27,856 nucleotides of DNA, from IMG/VR virus record IMGVR_UViG_3300031949_000139, positions 1 through 27,856 of that record, one strand, 5' to 3'. Below the pieces are notes generated by a model. The model was given only the letters and a program-made list of their open reading frames with translations. It made no database searches and had not been told where the DNA came from. This document shows, piece by piece, positions 1 through 7,272 of the stretch. The stretch's first letter is position 1; each line of letters starts with the position of its first letter. The position numbers and the translations under genes were made by a program. This DNA comes from a virus. Its lineage: Duplodnaviria > Caudoviricetes.

Positions 1-2
1 AT

Positions 3-125
3 GTCAAAGAAGTAAAAGACCCAATAGTATTCGGCCGTATCAATGGATGTACGGACCGCTTCTTCATCGCTCAATGGGACGATGATGTGAAGATAGAAGA
101 CATCCTGAAAGAGAGTGAGGGCTAA
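3..125 (+). CDS. 3' end of a hypothetical phage protein (truncated by window start)
   Basis: My translation of frame 3 is open from the window edge: VKEVKDPIVFGRINGCTDRFFIAQWDDDVKIEDILKESEG, TAA at 123-125, immediately followed by the next ATG at 127. Confidence 0.65.
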   Translation, partial: VKEVKDPIVFGRINGCTDRFFIAQWDDDVKIEDILKESEG

Positions 126-126
126 A

Positions 127-384
127 ATGGCAAGGAAGAAAAAGATACCACAGGTACAACCTAAACGAGAGACTGTACCAGAAGCACTAGGTATAACCAA
201 AGATAGATATGAAGAAGTAAAGGATATAGTAGAAGGCATCTCAAATAAGACTAAAACACACTCAGACCTTATTAAAGGGATTGCGGATAACGAGAAGCTA
301 ACGGTAATAGAAAAAGTATTTAGCGGCTGGGTTATGGGTAGAATGACAGACCCCATGGCTAGTCTGCTAGGGATGTTAGGGTAA
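127..384 (+). CDS. hypothetical protein (85 aa)
   Basis: ORF track 115..384. ATG at 127 preferred because GAGGG lies just upstream and it abuts the previous stop. Ends just before a terminator hairpin. Confidence 0.7.
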   Translation: MARKKKIPQVQPKRETVPEALGITKDRYEEVKDIVEGISNKTKTHSDLIKGIADNEKLTVIEKVFSGWVMGRMTDPMASLLGMLG

Positions 385-431
385 ACAAAAAGGGCTGCTA
401 AGTAAAGTTTCTACCTAGCAGCCTTCTTTGT
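385..431. terminator. bidirectional intrinsic terminator between convergent transcription units
   Basis: Inverted repeat ACAAAAAGGGCTGCTA(AGTA)...(TACC)TAGCAGCCTTCTTTGT. The core GGCTGCTA (393-400) pairs with TAGCAGCC (416-423). It has an A-tract on the left and a T-rich tract on the right, and lies between stops at 384 (+) and 434 (-). Confidence 0.85.
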
Positions 432-433
432 CT

Positions 434-781
434 CTACCATTTCTTCTTAACCCACCCAAGAGCAATCCAGCCATCCTTCCCATCAAAGTGTACTGGACCA
501 CCTCCACCACCCACCTCCCAGGCTTTTTCTGTAACTAATACCTGAATGTTATCTTGAGATACAGCATCTTTTTCTACCTTACTCAGGATAGAGGTAAAAT
601 GGGGTTTGTTAATCATTTTATCCGGTTTAGGGAAGAAGAAGTCTTTAACGTTAATCCCAAGACTGATAACCCCAGCTAAAAGTATCAGTGTACCCACAGT
701 AATCAGTACATAGACTAACCACTTCTTATATGTATCTGGACTAGTAAGTCTTTCTTTTACCTTTACAGGTGTTCCAGCCAT
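434..781 (-). CDS. single-pass membrane protein, possible spanin-like lysis protein
   Basis: One N-proximal TM helix (WLVYVLITVGTLILLAGVISLGI) and a C-terminal Gly/aromatic beta-hairpin-like tail ending in W. AGGAG RBS. Last gene of the late operon. Confidence 0.6.
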   Translation of the reverse strand: MAGTPVKVKERLTSPDTYKKWLVYVLITVGTLILLAGVISLGINVKDFFFPKPDKMINKPHFTSILSKVEKDAVSQDNIQVLVTEKAWEVGGGGGPVHFDGKDGWIALGWVKKKW

Positions 782-793
782 GGTATGCTCCTA

Positions 794-925
794 TTAGTTA
801 AACGTGAATATCTCTTTTAACAGGGCTCCGAATGTTATCGGAGTTCCCGCATCAGCCAACTTCTTTATTGCTGCTCCTATCCATATCAACGCAGCTCCTA
901 TAGCTGCCCATACTAATGCACTCAT
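794..925 (-). CDS. small membrane protein (43 aa), holin-like candidate; not in ORF track
   Basis: MSALVWAAIGAALIWIGAAIKKLADAGTPITFGALLKEIFTFN. GGAGGT RBS, ATGA overlap with the stop of the 995-aa gene, and it fills the gap to the next gene. Confidence 0.7.
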   Translation of the reverse strand: MSALVWAAIGAALIWIGAAIKKLADAGTPITFGALLKEIFTFN

Positions 926-3909
926 TTTTTACCTCCCTTCTTTAATCGTTTCTCTAGTAGGAATGTATGATGACCGCGCCTACCTTTTATTTCAAACCTG
1001 TCATCCTCATCCCAATGACTTTTCTTTAAATCCTCATCTGACTGCCAGTGTGTAGCACCGTCAGACAGGTTTGAGGTCTTTGACTTATTCCAGGCGTCCT
1101 TAGCTTCTTCAACTATCCTATTGTTAATTTCTATTAAAGAGCCATTCTTTGAATGCTTCCTGTACCACTTACCTCCTTTTTCAAAGATGTAATTAGCACC
1201 GTATATGCCTTGTAAACTACCACGCCTACGGGTAATTTCAGCAACCATCTGCTTCTCAGTCTTATCACCACTCTCTGCCTCTCCTAGTATAGCACGCATG
1301 CCATCTTTATCAGACATACTTTTTGTAGTAACTTCTTGGGCCTGAGACTTATCTGTAGTCAGTACGCCTGTAGTCAATAGTACGGATAGAGCCTTCCAGG
1401 TTTTACCCATATCCATGGATATCTCGATATCTTTAAGTGGTATCTTACTAGGAGTCCAACCTTGTTCATTAGGCCATTCCTGATAGTCTTTGGGTAGGTT
1501 ACTTCTTTTCACTCGCATGATAACTTCATCCGGGCCTCCATAACCTAGAGTCTTATGAATAGAAGGGCCAAAATATACACCTTTACCATATTGGCCTAAA
1601 TGAGGCTGTAAGCCACCACCACGAATACCCTCTATATTCTTTTTACCGGTTGCATGATATACGTATTCGTCATTGTCCAGGTCTAACCTGCCCGCTTTTA
1701 ATTTCTCGGCCAAAGTAACGGGCTCACTGCTTTGGCCTTGTGTTTTTTTTGATATTGCCTCTATCTTTTTCTTAATTACACGTACCATTTCATCATCACT
1801 TCTCTGCTGTGCCTCAGACAACTGCATATTTAGATAGTGTAAATCACCCCTATCTTTTAAAGCTTGTTCTGTAGGAGTTCTTTTATACTTGGATAACCCT
1901 GTCGATTTACCACCTAAGCTATGCACCTTCTCTGTTAGTTTTTTCTCTAGGAGTGTACCTTCTACCATGCCCTCTAAATCACCTATCTTGCTTCTTGTAT
2001 CCCTATTCGTATACTCAAGATAGTCTTCTCGGGTTAAACTCTCTATTTCATTTAACAGATTGTCATCATTACTTGAACCTTTGCCTATACGAGCATACCC
2101 TGCAGTCTCTTTTAGTTTGCTCTTTGTCTTAGGAGAAAACTCTCTAGTGACATCAGCTAGCCTACTAGAGCTCTTCTGAATACCCTCTTTAACGGACACC
2201 CCTGCATTATACCCAGCTCTCATAACTCCACGAGCAAGACCTACAGTTTCTTGATGTTCTTGAGCAGCAATCCAAGCCATCAGTTCATCAGTTGTCTCTT
2301 TACCAAAGATGTTAGAGAACTTCTCAGTAAATAGCACACGGGCCATACCCTGATTAGGGTTAGCAGCCCTTAGGCTATTAAGTACATTCTCTATAGCAGT
2401 TGGTGAAGACTTATCGTATAACTTACGCCAAACATCTTTGTAAGTCATAAGCTGGCTGTACTTGTTGTACAGACCCTTAATACCTTGTACCTGCTTGCTT
2501 ACGTCTTTGGTTAGACGCCTGCTTATCTGATAGATGGGTATATTCTTAGACATATCGGCTCTAATCAAATTTTCTAAGGCATTCTTAAGCATCTTATATT
2601 CAGCTATACCAATAGGTTGTCTAAACCTTAGGTTAGGTGAAGATGTCATATTATCTATAGTGGAATATAATTGTAGTAGGTGAAGTGTTACAGGGTCCTT
2701 AGACGCAGCAGCAAGCTGTGAAGGTTGACCATTACTTAGTAGATAACCTCCATCAACCAGAATTTTCTTAAATAGGTTCATAGTCTCATTTATCTTTATC
2801 ATCTTATTCTGCTTCTGAGCTTTGATTAAGACTCCACCTATTTTGCTACCGAGGTCTTGTAACTCTAGCTCTACCTCCTTGTATATCTTATACCCACTCT
2901 TCGTAGCACCCTCAGCTAACTTCTGTTTATACCTAGGCTCTAGGGATAGGACATCGTCTATTTCTTCAGGCTTCAGCTTAAGGTAATCTAGTATCTCAAC
3001 AATGTTGTTCTTATTGCGAGACATTAACAAGTCAGATAGACCTTTAGACACTCTAGGTACAAGAGTCTTACTGACATACTCACCAGTAACTTTAAGAGGG
3101 TCAAATACTCGGGCTTTACCTAGACGTCTGACTGTATCAGCAAACTGTTGAGAGTACCCTGCAGCATTCTTTCTATAGAACTCTATGCTATTTTGAGCTA
3201 CCTTCTTTAGAACCTCACTACCTTTAGCTATGGTAGGTGCAGCAACAAACCCTGCAGCAGCACCTATACCTAGTTTCTGGCCAAACTCAGTTAAATCCTG
3301 AGTAGCACCTGATATATCACCACTTACTAGCTTACCTGCGCCTTCAACTACATCCTGAACTCCACTCATAGCTCCAGAGTAAGCAGCACCCTCTAAAGCA
3401 CCTTTACCTGCTTTAACTAATGCTGGGTCTGAAGGGTTAATAGCAGACCTTAACTTATTAAAAGTTCTAACACCCCCAGCAAAACCTGCAAGTTTTGAAA
3501 CACCTTCAACTACCGGGTTTTCAGAGTCACCCACATACTCCATGCCACCTGCTTCAGCAAGCTGTCTAGGTACATTAAGAGCTCGTTGATTAAGGTAATG
3601 TAGAGCCGGAGTAGCCATCTGTTTACCTGTACGCTGAGCCGCAGCTGCATAAGGATGTCCTGATATCTCGAGCTGATTAGGTGTAATACCACCAGCCATA
3701 ACATCAAGCATCTCAGGTTTCTTGGCTTCAGGCGGTAGTTCAGCTAGCTGGTCTTCAGCTACCTTATCGGTGCTAGCCTGATGAGACTCATAGTCTACTC
3801 CATTCTCCTTTAAGTAATTATCCACATCCTCATCGGTACCACCTTGGTCGTAGATAAACTTAATATCATTCTCTATCGTCGTTGTATCAAGAGGCTTAGG
3901 GCCTTCCAT
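922..3909 (-). CDS. large internal virion/ejection protein with an ADP-ribosyltransferase-like domain and a C-terminal SleB-like cell wall hydrolase domain
   Basis: Last large gene of the podovirus ejection block, with Gly/Ala-rich amphipathic N-terminal part. YVYHAT..I..GGL..YGKGVYFG..GY resembles the PARP/ART signature. RAILGEAE..MVAEITRRR..DGATHW..W..GHHTF resembles SleB/Hydrolase_2. Confidence 0.75.
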   Translation of the reverse strand: MEGPKPLDTTTIENDIKFIYDQGGTDEDVDNYLKENGVDYESHQASTDKVAEDQLAELPPEAKKPEMLDVMAGGITPNQLEISGHPYAAAAQRTGKQMATPALHYLNQRALNVPRQLAEAGGMEYVGDSENPVVEGVSKLAGFAGGVRTFNKLRSAINPSDPALVKAGKGALEGAAYSGAMSGVQDVVEGAGKLVSGDISGATQDLTEFGQKLGIGAAAGFVAAPTIAKGSEVLKKVAQNSIEFYRKNAAGYSQQFADTVRRLGKARVFDPLKVTGEYVSKTLVPRVSKGLSDLLMSRNKNNIVEILDYLKLKPEEIDDVLSLEPRYKQKLAEGATKSGYKIYKEVELELQDLGSKIGGVLIKAQKQNKMIKINETMNLFKKILVDGGYLLSNGQPSQLAAASKDPVTLHLLQLYSTIDNMTSSPNLRFRQPIGIAEYKMLKNALENLIRADMSKNIPIYQISRRLTKDVSKQVQGIKGLYNKYSQLMTYKDVWRKLYDKSSPTAIENVLNSLRAANPNQGMARVLFTEKFSNIFGKETTDELMAWIAAQEHQETVGLARGVMRAGYNAGVSVKEGIQKSSSRLADVTREFSPKTKSKLKETAGYARIGKGSSNDDNLLNEIESLTREDYLEYTNRDTRSKIGDLEGMVEGTLLEKKLTEKVHSLGGKSTGLSKYKRTPTEQALKDRGDLHYLNMQLSEAQQRSDDEMVRVIKKKIEAISKKTQGQSSEPVTLAEKLKAGRLDLDNDEYVYHATGKKNIEGIRGGGLQPHLGQYGKGVYFGPSIHKTLGYGGPDEVIMRVKRSNLPKDYQEWPNEQGWTPSKIPLKDIEISMDMGKTWKALSVLLTTGVLTTDKSQAQEVTTKSMSDKDGMRAILGEAESGDKTEKQMVAEITRRRGSLQGIYGANYIFEKGGKWYRKHSKNGSLIEINNRIVEEAKDAWNKSKTSNLSDGATHWQSDEDLKKSHWDEDDRFEIKGRRGHHTFLLEKRLKKGGKK

Positions 3910-3911
3910 GA

Positions 3912-5039
3912 TTACCTTCCTTTGATAGTTATAACTCTACCACTTGGAGATGTAACTGACCTACCTCCAGGAGAGCTGGATACTTTAGCTGGGCCACTTA
4001 TCTGTCGTGAGCCATCACTTGTTAAAGGCACTTTCTGAATATACCCTACCAGTGGTGTTATATCACGACCAGCACGTTGATAAAGACCCAGCCTTCTTTC
4101 GTAGAGCCTGGAAGACTCTGATATAAGGTCCTGAGCAACAGCTTGAAATACCTCAGGTCGTTGTTTAAAACTCGCTATTAATGGCCTTAACATTTTTAAC
4201 TCTTTATCCGAAGCCTGGGCTCCTGTAATAGCTTTCCTGTAAAGCTGGAACGCTCTTTCAAGCTTAGACTTTAGGGATGTATATTTGGGGTTTTTAGCAT
4301 ATTGGCCAACTAAATCAAATCTAGCAGGCATACTAAAAGGCCCCATATCTTCCCATAGGATATTACCTACTTTGTTAATATTGTTTAGGCCTAACTCTTG
4401 AACTGTTTTTAAGACCTCAGACATGGTATCTTTTGCATCTACAATCGTACCCAGATACGACAACTCAGACTCCTTAAGAGTAAGTGCTGTAGCCTTATTC
4501 TTAAGCACATCAGCCGGAGGTATTACGTAAGAGCGGTCCCCAGTTTCTGGGTCAATCTCAGCATCAAGCCCATAAGTCTCAATGATAACATTCAGGTCAT
4601 TACCTGTACGCTTACGGATATCTGAGATATCCTCTGTAGTTACTGTAGCCCCATAGTACTTCATGTTTTCAAGCTGGAACTGTCGAGCTAGCCTATCTTC
4701 TTTTGCGTATCTAAGGTCTTCAACTTTCTGGTCTTTAGCCGACTTACGGACACTCTGGAACTTCTGCAAATTCTCATATGGCTTGTCACTCGTATTAACA
4801 AATTTCTCCAGAGAACTTGTATCAGCACCTACCAGATTTTTTCTCTCTTCCTCAGGTAAAGCATTAAGAAGTGTAGATAAGGATGACCGCTCTTTTTCTG
4901 TCTCAGTTTTGCTACCCGCTACCATACCTACAACACCAAGTTCTCTAAGCCTGTCATAAAAAGGCTCATTCTGAGGCTGTATCTCTTTCTTTTGCTCTTG
5001 GTCTGCCATTGACCCCACAGTTGTTTCTAACTTTGTCAT
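3912..5039 (-). CDS. putative internal virion/ejection protein
   Basis: Helical, charged protein between the other two ejection genes. ITGAQASDKEL..L..LI motif is typical of podovirus ejection proteins. Start at 5039 has a GGAGG RBS (track start 5093 overlaps the upstream gene). Confidence 0.6.
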   Translation of the reverse strand: MTKLETTVGSMADQEQKKEIQPQNEPFYDRLRELGVVGMVAGSKTETEKERSSLSTLLNALPEEERKNLVGADTSSLEKFVNTSDKPYENLQKFQSVRKSAKDQKVEDLRYAKEDRLARQFQLENMKYYGATVTTEDISDIRKRTGNDLNVIIETYGLDAEIDPETGDRSYVIPPADVLKNKATALTLKESELSYLGTIVDAKDTMSEVLKTVQELGLNNINKVGNILWEDMGPFSMPARFDLVGQYAKNPKYTSLKSKLERAFQLYRKAITGAQASDKELKMLRPLIASFKQRPEVFQAVAQDLISESSRLYERRLGLYQRAGRDITPLVGYIQKVPLTSDGSRQISGPAKVSSSPGGRSVTSPSGRVITIKGR

Positions 5040-5040
5040 C

Positions 5041-5766
5041 TTAACCTCCGAACAAGAATTTTGTACCAGCTCCACCGAACAAGTTTCCACCAAAGTTTAA
5101 CCACTGACCTTGACGTTGAGTAGCATTGGCCTGTGAAGCGTTATACATACCTGCCCCAGTAGCATAGTTAGAAGCTGTAAGAGCAAATGTTTGAGCAGGC
5201 GTAACATTCTGAACAAGCTGACTACCAAAGGTGTTAGGAGAGTTTACAGTCGATGTACCTGTAGCAGGTTGCTGACCTGCAACACTCAACGCAGTCTGTA
5301 TCTTCCTAGTCTTTAGAGCTTGCCTCATCTCAGTCAAAGCCCTTAATTCATCATCAGAGCTACTACCTGCGAAAGCCATACCTCTTTCTGCTTGTCCAGC
5401 ACGTATCTGCTGTTTAGCTTGTGCCTCTTCACCCTCAGATAAGTCTGTCGGCTCATTCAGATAAGCTGTTAAAAAATCAGAGCCTGCAATTCTTTCAGGA
5501 GCCAAGATAGCTTGTTCAGCCCTTGTCTGCTGAGCCAGTGGAACACCAAACTGTCTTTCAAGGTTCAGTGCCTCTTCTACAAACTGCCCACCAAACTGCC
5601 TCATCTGTTCAAGCTCTAATTGAGTAAACTGCGGACCAAAGGTTCTCTGAGCTTCTAGTATCCTTGGTAACGCCTCAATCTGAGCCGAGATAGCTTGTGC
5701 CGACGTTTCAGTCGTTGATGGCGTTGCAGGCGGTGCTATCTGCTGTGGTTGTGGACTTCCGCCCAT
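5041..5766 (-). CDS. putative DNA ejection/pilot protein (P22 gp7-like position)
   Basis: Starts MGGSPQPQ, is Gln/Ala-rich, and has a Gly-rich hydrophobic C-terminus (WLNFGGNLFGGAGTKFLFGG). First gene of the ejection block, with AGGAG RBS. Confidence 0.65.
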   Translation of the reverse strand: MGGSPQPQQIAPPATPSTTETSAQAISAQIEALPRILEAQRTFGPQFTQLELEQMRQFGGQFVEEALNLERQFGVPLAQQTRAEQAILAPERIAGSDFLTAYLNEPTDLSEGEEAQAKQQIRAGQAERGMAFAGSSSDDELRALTEMRQALKTRKIQTALSVAGQQPATGTSTVNSPNTFGSQLVQNVTPAQTFALTASNYATGAGMYNASQANATQRQGQWLNFGGNLFGGAGTKFLFGG

Positions 5767-6031
5767 GGATAATTCTCCTTATCTCATATTTAGACATCTT
5801 ATTCTTATATTTACCTCTAGTCCAGTAAATGTAAGTCACGTAAGGAAACCTGTTTCGTTCCTGCATAAGAAGTTTTTTGAGTAACCTCTTAGACCTAAAT
5901 TGAGAATGTACCCATGTATCAAAGATAAAGCAGTAATCCCCATATTTAGTAAAATCGCCTTTGACATCTACAATACTATACTCAGCATAAGCGATTATCT
6001 TCCCATCGGTATCAAATAGCTTGGCTATCAT
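5708..6031 (-). CDS. GNAT-like small protein
   Basis: DGKIIAY..FIFDTWVHSQFRSKRLLKKLL resembles GNAT motif A (V.P.xR..G). It sits where podoviruses often carry an acetyltransferase-fold gene before ejection proteins. Confidence 0.5.
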   Translation of the reverse strand: MIAKLFDTDGKIIAYAEYSIVDVKGDFTKYGDYCFIFDTWVHSQFRSKRLLKKLLMQERNRFPYVTYIYWTRGKYKNKMSKYEIRRIIHGRKSTTTADSTACNAIND

Positions 6032-6965
6032 GAAAAGCCTTCACAATCTCCTCAGCATTAAAAGCCTTCATACACTTTACTCCATGTATGCAATCCCACA
6101 AAGCTCCATGTGGCTGGACATCAAACAAATAGCTATTCGGTCGATGACAATAGGGTGTAGGACAATCTTCTTTAGTAATGTTAATGTGCTTATCATAACC
6201 TAGGCACTTGGGAGATGTACCACCCCAGCATACTACGCCTTTCCTATTGAGTATCGGACTTGCTGCAGCATGTTGTAAGAAGCTATCAATCCCGATAAAA
6301 CCGTCTGCCCATTTTAGAAGAGCCATAATACTTCTAACAGGGTAAAATACCTTTTCAGCCTTCTTCATCTTAGGGAAGTTTTCATGGCCTATGTCCTTAA
6401 TAATATAGCCCTCTCCTACTAGCTTATCGATAACATCCTGAGCCACAGAAACGGGTAGACTTCTACGATACATAGTAGCTATGGCTTTCTTAAGGTCTAG
6501 CTCTGTTTTACTTTCAGGTATCTTACCACCTATCCACTGAAACAGGATAATACCTTTGCTACCTCTTTCCTTATTTATGTAGAGCTGTGCTGACTCCAAC
6601 TCATTCTCTAAGAAGTATAAGTCAGGATAAGGAGTAACTATTGGTACGCCTATCATGTCACACCAGGATTGTATTATATGCTTATTATTACTCAAGTACT
6701 CACAATCTAAATAAGGCTCTTGTTTAATAACATAGGTTTCTTTGTTAACATAATCCTCATAGAAGTATAGAGGGTTAACAAAGTTAAAGACTTTCCTGAC
6801 ATTAGGATTGTATAAGAAAACGTCAGGGTAACCAGTCATTACGATAATACTCTTATCCGGATGAGCTGTTTTAATGGCTTTAACTACTGCTGTAGAAGCT
6901 ATGGCTTTACCTACGCCACCCTCCTGTATAAAGATTATAGTTTTTACTCTATCCGGTATATTCAT
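6012..6965 (-). CDS. GT9-like (GT-B) glycosyltransferase, atypical, with Lys at the catalytic Asp position and a C-terminal 4-Cys motif
   Basis: EGGVGKAIAST..AIK..HPD..I.V....DVF.YNPNV N-terminal motif, FIGIDSFLQHAAA..GVVCWGGT.P..LGY C-terminal motif, and CPTPYC...DCIHGVKCM. Confidence 0.8.
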   Translation of the reverse strand: MNIPDRVKTIIFIQEGGVGKAIASTAVVKAIKTAHPDKSIIVMTGYPDVFLYNPNVRKVFNFVNPLYFYEDYVNKETYVIKQEPYLDCEYLSNNKHIIQSWCDMIGVPIVTPYPDLYFLENELESAQLYINKERGSKGIILFQWIGGKIPESKTELDLKKAIATMYRRSLPVSVAQDVIDKLVGEGYIIKDIGHENFPKMKKAEKVFYPVRSIMALLKWADGFIGIDSFLQHAAASPILNRKGVVCWGGTSPKCLGYDKHINITKEDCPTPYCHRPNSYLFDVQPHGALWDCIHGVKCMKAFNAEEIVKAFHDSQAI

Positions 6966-7264
6966 TTCTTACTCCTAAATTTAGCTACCTGCTGGTTAAT
7001 ATTCGTAGTGTCTACATCCACTGTAGATGTAACACCTGTACCTTGTACACTCCTAACGCTATTATCAACGCTTATGTTATCTCTGCTAAGCTTTAGTTCT
7101 TGAGCTAGTATTCTTGTCTGTAGTTCTAACTTCTTAAGCTCATGGGCCCTGGCTATCTCTTCGTCACGCCACTTACCTATTCGTTCCATCCTTGCATCCC
7201 ACTCCGCATCGGCAAAGACTAAGGAAGTAATAAATAATATAGGTATAACTAAAAATCTTTTCAT
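6962..7264 (-). CDS. secreted hypothetical protein (Sec signal peptide, coiled coil)
   Basis: MKRFLVIPILFITSLVFA|DAEW signal-like N-terminus. AGGAGGT RBS and ATGA overlap with the downstream GT9. Confidence 0.7.
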   Translation of the reverse strand: MKRFLVIPILFITSLVFADAEWDARMERIGKWRDEEIARAHELKKLELQTRILAQELKLSRDNISVDNSVRSVQGTGVTSTVDVDTTNINQQVAKFRSKK

Positions 7265-7272
7265 AACACCTC

